From contig NC_017080.1 of assembly GCF_000284115.1 (NCBI RefSeq), forward strand, positions 1,020,001 to 1,052,000: DNA of 32,000 bases. Reading direction: 5' to 3'. Every line of letters starts with the position of its first letter. Within the stretch, counting starts at the first letter, position 1. The position numbers and the translations under genes are program-made. Positions 21,255 to 29,820 of the stretch are shown one piece after another. Source of the stretch: Phycisphaera mikurensis NBRC 102666 (lineage in GTDB: Bacteria > Planctomycetota > Phycisphaerae > Phycisphaerales > Phycisphaeraceae). Under the pieces are notes generated by a model, which had not been told where the DNA came from, did no database searches, and saw only the letters and a list, made by a program, of their open reading frames with translations.

Positions 21255-21815
21255 TTGCCCGAGTATCGCCGCCGCTTCGTCCACCGGGCGTACTACTTCT
21301 TCACCCGCGTGACCGCGGGGAGGATGCCGATCTTCAAGGATCCTGCCAACGTCAAGCTCCTCCGCCTCGCCACCCGCGAAGCGATGGATCACAAGCCTTT
21401 CCGGATCATCGCGTCCGTCGTCCTCCCGGACCACATCCACGACATCATCCGCCTGCCCGAAGGCGATACCAACTACCCGCAGCACCTCCGCCGGATCAAG
21501 ACCAACTTCACAAAAGCCTACCTCGACGCCGGCGGAGCCGAGGCCGCCATCACCGATGCCCAGTCCCGCGACGCCCGGCGGGGCGTCTGGCAGCCGCGTT
21601 ACCTTGAGCACACGCTTCGCGACGAGAACGACTTCCGCCGGCACCTCGCTTACCTCCACATGAATCCGGTGCGACACGGCCTCGTGAAGAGGCCAGAGGA
21701 CTGGCCCGCGTCCTCCATCCACTCCTGGATCCGACGCGGCCTGCTCCGGCCCGGCTGGGGCACCCGTCACGGCGACGCTCCCGAGGAGACCGATGGCGGC
21801 TTCTTCGGCGACTGA
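21255..21815 (+). CDS. REP-associated tyrosine transposase (RAYT), IS200/IS605-like Y1 HUH family
   Basis: Track ORF with a TTG start. It has the HUH motif LPDHIHDII and the catalytic Tyr motif AYLHMNPVRHGLVKRPEDW. At 186 aa it is the typical RAYT size. It is flanked by inverted REP hairpins. Confidence 0.8.
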   Translation: MPEYRRRFVHRAYYFFTRVTAGRMPIFKDPANVKLLRLATREAMDHKPFRIIASVVLPDHIHDIIRLPEGDTNYPQHLRRIKTNFTKAYLDAGGAEAAITDAQSRDARRGVWQPRYLEHTLRDENDFRRHLAYLHMNPVRHGLVKRPEDWPASSIHSWIRRGLLRPGWGTRHGDAPEETDGGFFGD

Positions 21816-21853
21816 CCCCGCCGCCCCCCGTAGGGCAGGTCGGCGACCTGCCA

Positions 21854-21872
21854 TGCCGGCCGGAGGCCGGCA
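21854..21872. terminator. GC hairpin just after the RAYT gene
   Basis: TGCCGGCC-gga-GGCCGGCA forms an 8-bp stem about 40 nt after the stop at 21815. Confidence 0.35.
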
Positions 21873-22464
21873 GCGTCGGCCCACCCGATCCCCCCGCCAC
21901 CAACCCCATACCACAAGAACGCTTGGCCCCTGCGGGCCCAATGGCAGGTCGCCGACCTGCCCTACGCCTTGGCGGGGAGGCGGAAAAGGTGACAGCCACC
22001 CGACGGCGCCTCCTTCCCCTTCCCGGGTTCGAAGTGGCGACGCTCTTCGGCGTCTTGGCCTCGGTCCGCGCACCGTGAAGCGGGGGTGCCTCGGGGGCTG
22101 ATGGTCTTTGGAGCAGGCTTCCCGCTCGTCGCGCGGGAGCGGAGCGGCGGCCGGGTGCGACGGAGGGGGTTCTCGTGCTGGCCCGGCCCGCGTCGCGTTG
22201 CGACGCGGCTGGTTCGTCGTCGAGGAGGCGCGGCGTCTGCGCCTGATCGTCCCGCCGCAGCGGACCGCCGAGCAAAACGGCTTCCGGCCGCGACGGTCCG
22301 CGGCGGGCGGACGGTCTCTTCGTCGCGTGGGGGCAACCCGCGCCGGCTTGGGCAGCGGCGGGCGGAGCGGCGCGGCCTCGTTCGCAGAAGTGGTAGACTG
22401 CGTTCCGCAATCCGGAAGGAAGCAACCGGATGCACCCGTCCGTCCCACCCCGAGGTCCACCGGC

Positions 22465-25400
22465 ATGATCCATCTCCCTTCGTTCCTGGGCCGGCTGGCC
22501 CTCGTGGCCTCCGCGGCCTCTGTGGCATCGCCCGCCGCCGCGGGTGCGCTGCGGGCCGACTTCCACCGGCTCAGCCCCGGGGAGGTGCGGGCGGAGATCC
22601 GCTGGCCGGACTGGACGCTCTCGCCGCACGCGCCCGAGGGCACGCGGATCGCCGTGGAGGACGACCGCCTGGTCCTGCAGGACGACAGCCAGGAGAACGC
22701 GGCGGTGCTCAGCCTCACCGGGGACGCTTCCCGCGAGCCGCAGCCGGTGGAGATCCGCTTCTCGCTGCGGGTGGACGCGCCGGCCCGGGAGGCGGGCGAC
22801 CCCGAGGGCAGCGCCTTCGCCTTCCTGCGCTTCGGTCCGGCCTACGGCGAGGACTTGGGCTTCCTGCGGGTGATCCTTCCCGGCGACGCCGCCGAGGCGG
22901 GGCGGGCGTTCGTGGACGCTTCCTCGGGCGATGAACTCGTGCGGCCGTCCGGATCCGCGGGCGCCAGCATCCCACTCGCCGAGCCGGTGGACGTGGTGCT
23001 CCGGCTCGATCCGGCGGCGGGGACCTACGCGGTCCGCTTCGGGGGCGAGGAGGTCCTCGCCGGCGCCACGCTCGCCGGCGGCGTCGAGCCGCGCCTGGGC
23101 GTCTTCAGCGTGCACACGCCCTCGCGCGGCCGGGCCGGCATCAGCCTCGGCGATCTCGTGATCGAGCCGGTCGGCGACGCCGATGCCGACGCGGCCGGGG
23201 CGGCGCCCGCCTGGCCCACGCGTGCGGAGCCCCGGCCCGAGCTGCTCTCGCTCCTGAACGACGTCGACCTCCGCGGCGGCCGGCTCGTGGAGACGCCCGG
23301 CTTCGACCTGCAGGACGAGGGGGCGGAGTTCCAGTTCCAGCCGCACCTGTACTACTGGCCGGTCCGCGACGAGGCGGGCATCACCGCCTGGCGGTCGGAG
23401 GTCGAGAAGGAGTGGATCGGCCGGCACCTGTACAGCCTCCGGGCCTTCCCCGTGGAATCCAACCGGCGGTACGTGGTCTCGGCGCTGGTCAAGAGCCGCT
23501 TCGACCGGGCCAACAACGAGATCGACCTTGGTCTGGAGATGCTCACGATGAATCACGAGCGCCTGCCGGCCGAGCGGGTGGCGGGCCTGCCGGCGGACAC
23601 GGCGAGCGACCCCGACAACGTCGACGGCTGGGTGCGCTGGGAGTACGCGTTCGTCACCGCCAACTACGACGAGCCGGTGAAGGCCCGCTTCATCCTCCGC
23701 CACAACATCGGCTACACGGACCACGAGGCGATCGACCTCCGCCTGGCGCAGGTGAAGCTCATCGAGCTGCCCGTGGAGCCGCACGCGGTCGAGGGAGACG
23801 GGAGCGACCTGGTGACCTTCCGCGGCGGGCCGGGGAACCTGCCGATGGCGGTCGAGTCGGTGGAGGAGGACGGCGGCGTCTTCACCGTCCGGACCACCGG
23901 CGTGAAGTTCACGATCGACACCGACGCGGGGCGGATCGCCGCCCGCCAGCGGATCGACTTCCGACGCGACCTCTTCGACGCCGACCTCTCGCTGCCGCTG
24001 GCAGGCCTGCAGCTGGTGCGGCACGACGACACCGTCGCGGTGCTCCGCAACGAGCACCTGGCGATCGGCGTGCAGTGCGACGGCATGGCCGCGGTCGCCC
24101 CGCTCTCGCCGATGGCCGTCCTCGCCACCGCCCGCATCGGCGGAGCCTTCAACCGCCTCGGCCGCGGCAGCGTCTACGCCGGCGACGACTTCGGCGGCTT
24201 CGCCATCAACACGTACCCGGTGATCGGCAGCGGGACGACCGTCGATTTCGAGCCGGTGACCAGCGGGCTCTGGTTCGAGGGCCTCGCCCGCAACGACACC
24301 GAGACCATGGCGGCGGAAGGCGAGGCGTCGCGGCCGGGCTGGCAGATCCGCTGGGACCTCAAGCCCGGCGAACGGATCTTCCTCAGCGGCTTCCCCTGCC
24401 GGCCCTTCGATTGGGAACGGAGCTTCAGCGAGCACTACCAGCTCACCCATCGCGAGAACGAGGTCGAGGGTTACGACGACCCGTGGTACGACGTCGTGGA
24501 CGTGCTGATCCTCTGGGACTTCCACCAGCGCTCGTGGGGCATGGCCTTCGCGGACAACTACACGCCGTACGACGCGGAGCTCACCCAGGAGCACATCCGG
24601 GCGATCCAGGCAGAGGGCATGAAGGTCATGCCGTACAACTCGGCCTGGTTCCACCGGACGCGCGACCCGGAGGTCTGGGTCGAGAGCGCCCGGCGGATGG
24701 TCGAGGACGAGGGCTTCGAGGGCATGTACAGCGACGGCCTGCCGGCGGTGGAGTGGCTGGTGGGCTACGAGGAGATGCGGATGCTCCGCGAGGGCGTGCT
24801 GCCCGACGGCCCGATCCGCGTGCACGACTCGCTGCCGCAGAGCGGCCGCCACGTCGCGGAGTACGCCCCCTACGTCTACACCTACGCGAGCACGACCTAC
24901 CAGGCCGAGCACGTGAGCACCGACGCGGGCCCCGGCTGGCCGTGGGTCCGCTACGTGATCAACTCCTGGCGGCAGAGCAACGCCATCGGCGACATCAAGG
25001 GCGACAAGTGGCGCGGCTTCGGCGGCGACACGCCGGAGCAGCAAACCAGAAGCCGCCTCGCCGGCTTCATCTGGAACGCGCGGCCCGGCAGCGGCGCTCC
25101 CAACTACATGCAGGACGTCAAGCCGGTCTGGGACGCCCTCGAGGCCGACTGGCGGGAGCACGGCGACGACCCGTTCTACTACGACCGGCACTACCTGCCG
25201 CTGGCGCAGGAGCTCACCGGCTTCCGCATCGGCCGGGCGGCGATGCCGATCGTCGCGGAGGACGGAGACCAGGTGGAGCTCTCGACCAAGGCGACCGGCG
25301 ACGGCGTCGCGATCCGCTACACGCTCGACGGCAGCGAGCCGACGGCGGCGTCCGCGGCGTACGACGGCCCGGTCGCGCTCCCCGAGGGAGCGACGCTGAA

Positions 25401-25467
25401 GGCGGTGACGCTCGCCGAGGGCCTGGAGCCGAGCGCCGTCGCCGTTCACCCGCTGCCGGAGGACTGA
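22465..25467 (+). CDS. Exported multidomain glycoside-hydrolase-like protein with a C-terminal chitobiase/hexosaminidase-C-like domain
   Basis: ATG at 22465 inside track ORF 22108..25467 gives the signal peptide MIHLPSFLGRLALVASAASVASPAAA. The N-terminus looks like a LamG/jelly-roll region. The central segment has TIM-barrel-like motifs (DVLILWDFHQRSWGMAF, GMKVMPYNSAWF). The C-terminal segment GVAIRYTLDGSEPTAASAAYDGPVALPEGATLKAVTLAEG matches the CHB_HEX_C-type pattern. Confidence 0.75.
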   Translation: MIHLPSFLGRLALVASAASVASPAAAGALRADFHRLSPGEVRAEIRWPDWTLSPHAPEGTRIAVEDDRLVLQDDSQENAAVLSLTGDASREPQPVEIRFSLRVDAPAREAGDPEGSAFAFLRFGPAYGEDLGFLRVILPGDAAEAGRAFVDASSGDELVRPSGSAGASIPLAEPVDVVLRLDPAAGTYAVRFGGEEVLAGATLAGGVEPRLGVFSVHTPSRGRAGISLGDLVIEPVGDADADAAGAAPAWPTRAEPRPELLSLLNDVDLRGGRLVETPGFDLQDEGAEFQFQPHLYYWPVRDEAGITAWRSEVEKEWIGRHLYSLRAFPVESNRRYVVSALVKSRFDRANNEIDLGLEMLTMNHERLPAERVAGLPADTASDPDNVDGWVRWEYAFVTANYDEPVKARFILRHNIGYTDHEAIDLRLAQVKLIELPVEPHAVEGDGSDLVTFRGGPGNLPMAVESVEEDGGVFTVRTTGVKFTIDTDAGRIAARQRIDFRRDLFDADLSLPLAGLQLVRHDDTVAVLRNEHLAIGVQCDGMAAVAPLSPMAVLATARIGGAFNRLGRGSVYAGDDFGGFAINTYPVIGSGTTVDFEPVTSGLWFEGLARNDTETMAAEGEASRPGWQIRWDLKPGERIFLSGFPCRPFDWERSFSEHYQLTHRENEVEGYDDPWYDVVDVLILWDFHQRSWGMAFADNYTPYDAELTQEHIRAIQAEGMKVMPYNSAWFHRTRDPEVWVESARRMVEDEGFEGMYSDGLPAVEWLVGYEEMRMLREGVLPDGPIRVHDSLPQSGRHVAEYAPYVYTYASTTYQAEHVSTDAGPGWPWVRYVINSWRQSNAIGDIKGDKWRGFGGDTPEQQTRSRLAGFIWNARPGSGAPNYMQDVKPVWDALEADWREHGDDPFYYDRHYLPLAQELTGFRIGRAAMPIVAEDGDQVELSTKATGDGVAIRYTLDGSEPTAASAAYDGPVALPEGATLKAVTLAEGLEPSAVAVHPLPED

Positions 25468-25496
25468 GGCGCCTCGCGCGACAATCCCGCGCGTCC

Positions 25497-25602
25497 GGTG
25501 CCACGCCGCTCGCGGGGTGGCGGTCGCCGGAGGCGACGCCGGGGGTGGCGCGGACGCGTCGCGTGTCCTGCGGGCACCCCACCCCGCAAGCGGCGTGGCA
25601 CC
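25497..25602. repeat. REPIN-like element A4 (106 nt)
   Basis: It has the same 24-nt arms (one mismatch) and the same length as A1-A3. The spacer core differs, but both sub-hairpins are retained. It lies 30 nt after the stop of the 22465..25467 gene. Confidence 0.9.
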
Positions 25603-25715
25603 CGGACCTCGGGCGGGCTCGGAGGATGGGTTGAAGCTTGAGCCTGGAGGTGGGGGCACGGGAAGGGGCGATAGGCCCGCGGGAAATCGGGGTGCGGGCG
25701 AGCCTCCGCGGCGGG

Positions 25716-26990
25716 TCAAGCCTCTCGGCACTCCTCCCACAGCCGCGCCATCGCGAGCAGCGGGTTGTGGCCGAGGTAGTCGCGGCAGGGCGCGTTGGCC
25801 ACGCCCTCGGCGTAGGGCTTGCGGGCGACCGACGCGGCCGGCTCGCCGTCGGGGTGGTAGAACTCCCAGACGGTGCCGGTCCGCTCGAACTCCGCGGCCG
25901 TGGCGTTTAGTGCCCGCTCCAGGATCGCCGCCGCGGCGGCGGGGCGGCCGCAGCGGGCGCAGCCCAACGCCGCCCACAGCGTCATGCTGTTCCAGGCGGG
26001 GCCGCGCCACATCCGCGTCTCGTACGCCGGGTCGGCCGGAGCGACCGTGCGCAGCGGGTGAGCCGAGAAGAAGCGGTCGGGGTTCAGCAGCCAGTCGTCC
26101 ACCACGCGGTCGGTTTGCTCCGCCGTGGCGACGCCGATGACAAGCGGCCAGAAGCCCTCCAGCGCCATCGGCGGCGACGGCTTGCCGGTCCGGAAGGCGT
26201 CGACGAAGAGGCCGAGCCCGTCGTGCCACATCGTTCGGCGGATCGTCTCGGCGAGGGCGGCTCGCCGCTCACCGGCCGCTTCGGCCTCGGCCCCGGGGCC
26301 GAAGCGTGCGACGAGGTCCAACAGCATCCACGCGTGGCAGGAAGCGTCGACGAACGGAGCCAACTCCCCGTGCGGGCCGTCGAGGAAGCGGACGCCGTCG
26401 TCGACGCCCGACTCGAAGCTGTCCTCCAGCAGGAAGTCGGCGTAGCCGTAGGCGTCGCCCACGCGGCGGTGGCGGTCGAACCACTCCAGCTGCGCCCGGG
26501 CGTGCGGGACGCAGCGGGCGCCCAGCCCGGGGCCGTGGCCGCCCGCGACCAGCCGATCCACCAGCACCGGCCACACCGGCGGGTGCGTGAGCGCCGGATC
26601 GTGCAGCCACGGCTTGCCGTCGCGCATCATCATCACGACCGGCAGGCGGCCGTCGGGCTGCTGCAGCGCCAGCAGGTTCTCCAGCTGCCGCAACGCGTGT
26701 GCCGGCTCGTCCACGACCGCGTCCAGCGACTGGTGGACAATGTCCCAGTGCCCGAAGGCGGGGCCGTAGACGTAGCCGGGGCCGATCTCCTCCCACGGGT
26801 GAGGGAAGAGGCCGTGGCGATCGTCTCGGATCGCCCGCTCGTGCAGCTGCGCCACGCAGCCGAGGACCGATCGCCAGCGCGACCGCCCGAGGCCGGCCGC
26901 GGCTCGACGCAGGCGGGGAAGCCGGGGAGCGGATCCGGCGGGATCGGTTGGGACCGGCGGAACGTCGTCTTCATTTTGACGGAACATCAT
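25716..26990 (-). CDS. GH63/trehalase-like (alpha/alpha)6-barrel glycoside hydrolase (MGH1-like), cytoplasmic
   Basis: C-terminal 424 aa of track ORF 25716..27215, with the start at MMFRQNEDD (complement of 26988-26990). Supporting motifs are HPPVWPVLV, SFESGVDDGVRF, RMWRGPAWNSMTLWAALG and TVWEFYHPDGEP. There is no signal peptide. Confidence 0.8.
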   Translation of the reverse strand: MMFRQNEDDVPPVPTDPAGSAPRLPRLRRAAAGLGRSRWRSVLGCVAQLHERAIRDDRHGLFPHPWEEIGPGYVYGPAFGHWDIVHQSLDAVVDEPAHALRQLENLLALQQPDGRLPVVMMMRDGKPWLHDPALTHPPVWPVLVDRLVAGGHGPGLGARCVPHARAQLEWFDRHRRVGDAYGYADFLLEDSFESGVDDGVRFLDGPHGELAPFVDASCHAWMLLDLVARFGPGAEAEAAGERRAALAETIRRTMWHDGLGLFVDAFRTGKPSPPMALEGFWPLVIGVATAEQTDRVVDDWLLNPDRFFSAHPLRTVAPADPAYETRMWRGPAWNSMTLWAALGCARCGRPAAAAAILERALNATAAEFERTGTVWEFYHPDGEPAASVARKPYAEGVANAPCRDYLGHNPLLAMARLWEECREA

Positions 26991-27034
26991 CTTCCATTTA
27001 ACATAACCGTCCGCGGATCGCCATCGGCCCGCCG

Positions 27035-28414
27035 ATGTTTTCCTCCCGCCATCGCCTCGCCATGCCCCATCCCCCTCGCTACGCCGTCGTCGGCACCGGA
27101 AGCCGCTGCGGCATGTACGTCCGCGCCCTGCTGGGCGACTTCGCCAGCCACGGCACGCTCGTCGCGCTCTGCGACACGAGCCCGACGCGCATGGCGTATT
27201 GGAACGGCGTCGCAAAGGAGGAGTATGGCACCGACCCGATCCCCACGTTCGCCGCCGAACACTTCGAAGCGATGCTCCGCGAGCAGCGGATCGATCGCGT
27301 GATCGTCACCACGGTCGACGCGACGCACGACGGCTACATCTGCGGGGCGATGGAGGCCGGCTGCGACGTCATCACCGAGAAGCCGATGACCACCGACCGG
27401 GAGAAGGTGGAGCGGATCCTGGCGACCCGCGACCGCACCGGGCGGTCGCTGCGGGTGGCGTTCAACTACCGCTACGCCCCGCGGAACTCCAAAGCGAAGG
27501 AGCTGCTGCAGTCCGGCGTCATCGGCGAGGTGCAGAGCGTCCACTTCGAGTGGCTGCTGAACACGACCCACGGCGCCGACTACTTCCGACGCTGGCACCG
27601 CGACAAGGCCAACAGCGGCGGGCTGATGGTTCACAAGGCGACGCACCACTTCGACCTCGTGAACTGGTGGATCGACGGCGTGCCCGAGCGGGTCTTCGGC
27701 GTGGGCGACCTGAAGTTCTACGGCGAGAAGAACGCGGAGCGGCGGGGCGATCGGTACTTCACCGAACGCGGCCGCGAGCACCCCGACCTCGCGTCGGACC
27801 CCTTCGCGCTGGACCTCGCCGGGAATGACGAGCTCAAGGCGCTGTACCTCGACGCCGAGGCGGAGTCGGGCTACCTCCGCGATCGCTCCGTCTTCAGCGA
27901 CCCGATCGGCATCGAGGACGACATGTCGGTGATCGTGCGGTACCGCAGCCGCGCGACGATGACCTACCACCTCACCGCCTACAGCCCGTGGGAGGGCTAC
28001 CGCGTCGCCTTCAACGGCAACCGCGGGCGGATCGAGCTCGAGTGCGTGGAGAAGCCGTACGTGTCCGCCGGCGAGGGCGATCACAACTTCGCACGCAACG
28101 TGCTGGGGAACGCCGAGGCGTACGAGGTGGCCGAGCCGACGACGCTCACGATCCACCGCCACTGGCAGAAGCCGGTCCGCATCGACATGCCCGAGACCAA
28201 CGAGGGCGGCCACGGCGGCGGCGACGCGCTGCTGCTGAAGGACCTCTTCCTGCCCGACCCGCCCGCCGACCCGCTGCACCGCCGGGCCGACCACCTCGCC
28301 GGCGCCGCGGCGGTGCTCGTCGGCGACGCCGCGAACCGAAGCTTCGAGAGCGGGGCGATGGAGGCGATCCCCGCGGCGCTGCTGCCGTCCGCGCCGACCG
28401 CCGCGGCGAGCTGA
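27035..28414 (+). CDS. Gfo/Idh/MocA family NAD(P)-dependent oxidoreductase
   Basis: Rossmann start RYAVVGTGSRCG, then DVITEKPMT and RVAFNYRYAP. An alternative start is ATG 27062. Confidence 0.85.
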   Translation: MFSSRHRLAMPHPPRYAVVGTGSRCGMYVRALLGDFASHGTLVALCDTSPTRMAYWNGVAKEEYGTDPIPTFAAEHFEAMLREQRIDRVIVTTVDATHDGYICGAMEAGCDVITEKPMTTDREKVERILATRDRTGRSLRVAFNYRYAPRNSKAKELLQSGVIGEVQSVHFEWLLNTTHGADYFRRWHRDKANSGGLMVHKATHHFDLVNWWIDGVPERVFGVGDLKFYGEKNAERRGDRYFTERGREHPDLASDPFALDLAGNDELKALYLDAEAESGYLRDRSVFSDPIGIEDDMSVIVRYRSRATMTYHLTAYSPWEGYRVAFNGNRGRIELECVEKPYVSAGEGDHNFARNVLGNAEAYEVAEPTTLTIHRHWQKPVRIDMPETNEGGHGGGDALLLKDLFLPDPPADPLHRRADHLAGAAAVLVGDAANRSFESGAMEAIPAALLPSAPTAAAS

Positions 28415-28473
28415 AGCCTCGGAAGCGCCCGGACGCGCTGGCCCACGCCGGCCGCTGGAGCGGTCGTGCCGCC

Positions 28474-28519
28474 CCGCGGATCGCGACCGTCGTGGGGCGA
28501 AACCGGCCACGGTCCGCGG
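28474..28519. terminator. Weaker member of the conserved hairpin family between convergent genes
   Basis: CCGCGGA (28474-28480) pairs with TCCGCGG (28513-28519). An inner GACCGT / ACGGTC pairing is also possible. Confidence 0.3.
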
Positions 28520-28542
28520 CGCGCCACCGGGGGTGGGGGTCC

Positions 28543-29820
28543 CTAGATGTTTCCCGGCCGCGCCGGGGTGACGAACGGGCGGACCATCGGGTTCTCCAAG
28601 CCGACCAACTCGGTGAGCAGCGGGCGGTGCGGCTCGTCGGCGTTCAGGGCGGTCGGATCGGTTTGCGTCTCGAACTCCAGCGGCATCGCGTAGGCGAGAG
28701 CCGACCAGCCCCAGAAGGGGTCGAGGCCCTGGCCGGCGCCGGTCTCGGCGTTGTAGAACTCGCGGGTGGTGGCCTCGTTCAGGGCCATCGCGCACGTGCG
28801 GTAGGCGAGGTCTTCGGCCACGTCGTCGAAGCCGTACCGGCGGAGCCCGTGGAAGACCATGTAGTTGGTCGGGACCCAGGTGGCTCCGAGCCACGTGCAC
28901 TCGTGGCCGCGACGCATCTGGTAATGGTCGGGCTCTTGCTTGCTCCAGGTGGCGACGGGGTGCGGCAGCCAGAAGCGCTCCGGGTCGGTGAGGTGCTCGC
29001 GCACGAGACGCCCGGCCCGCTCCGGCGTGGCGGTGCCGTCCCAGAGCGGCAGGAACCCGGCGACGGTGAAGACCCGCTGCAGCGCTTGCGTCCGCTCGTG
29101 GCGGTCGAGGTAGAAGCCGGCTTCCTCGTCCCAGAGCAGCTCGTTGATGAGCCGGCGACGCTCGGTGGCCGCGGCCCGGAAAATCTCGGCCTCGCCGGCC
29201 TCGCCCAGCCGGTCGGCGAGCAGCGCGAGGGCGTCGTGCTCGCGGGCGATGTAGACGTTGAGGTCGACGCCCTCGACCGTGTCGCTGTGGTACTCACCGG
29301 CCCGCCGGTTCTGGTTGTCCATGCCCGAGTGGTCGGCGGAGTCCCAAACCGACAGCCCGTTGCGGTCGTGGTCGCGGAACCACACCCAGTGGTCGACGTA
29401 CTTCACCAGCCGCTCCCAGTAGCGGCCGCGGAGCCAGTTCGGGTCGACGCCCTGCCGCACGCCCAGCCAAACCATCTGCGCAAGGAAGGGCTTGAAGTGC
29501 TGCCGCAGCCGCGGCAGGCCCAGCGAGCGGGAGACGAAGCCGTTCTCCAGCTGCTGGTCGAGGAACGCCTCGGTTGTGGAGCGGCAGAACCGCGGCTCGT
29601 GCAGGTGGCTGAGGTAGCAGTTCTCGAAGTACGCGTCCCAGTCGTAGAAGACGTCGTAGCTGTAGCCATTGAGCAGGTCGCGGCGGCTGTCGAAGCTGCG
29701 GACGGCGCGGGTGTGCAGGTGGTGGTGCAGCTCTTCGAGGCGGCCGGCGAGCCGTCGGGCGGGGTCGTGGCCGGGCAGCAGCGGCGCGAGCTTCTCGTGG
29801 ACGGTGTCGAGGGCGGTCAT
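28543..29820 (-). CDS. GH63/GH37-like (alpha/alpha)6-barrel glycoside hydrolase, cytoplasmic
   Basis: C-terminal 425 aa of track ORF 28543..30648, with the start at MTALDTVHEK (complement of 29818-29820). Supporting motifs are ADHSGMDNQNR, GATWVPTNYMVFHGLRRYG and REFYNAETGAGQGLDPFWGWSALAY. Confidence 0.85.
   Translation of the reverse strand: MTALDTVHEKLAPLLPGHDPARRLAGRLEELHHHLHTRAVRSFDSRRDLLNGYSYDVFYDWDAYFENCYLSHLHEPRFCRSTTEAFLDQQLENGFVSRSLGLPRLRQHFKPFLAQMVWLGVRQGVDPNWLRGRYWERLVKYVDHWVWFRDHDRNGLSVWDSADHSGMDNQNRRAGEYHSDTVEGVDLNVYIAREHDALALLADRLGEAGEAEIFRAAATERRRLINELLWDEEAGFYLDRHERTQALQRVFTVAGFLPLWDGTATPERAGRLVREHLTDPERFWLPHPVATWSKQEPDHYQMRRGHECTWLGATWVPTNYMVFHGLRRYGFDDVAEDLAYRTCAMALNEATTREFYNAETGAGQGLDPFWGWSALAYAMPLEFETQTDPTALNADEPHRPLLTELVGLENPMVRPFVTPARPGNI

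Larger units (their letters stand above)
21164..21969 (+). mobile_element. RAYT cassette: REP, rayT-like gene, inverted REP, REP, bounded by 59-bp perfect direct repeats
   Basis: The direct repeats 21178-21236 and 21911-21969 are identical, and imperfect homology extends back to 21164 and 21897. The REP hairpin GGCAGGTCG(C/G)CGACCTGCC with an adjacent GTAG/CTAC occurs at 21210-21232 and 21943-21965 in one orientation and at 21830-21852 in the other. Confidence 0.75.

Noticed and set aside
21550-26229. 1559-aa minus-strand ORF, the longest in the window
   Set aside because: It is a low-complexity Arg/Pro/Gly-rich translation antisense to the real 22465..25467 gene, and it runs through repeat elements and the RAYT gene. 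It is a shadow ORF.
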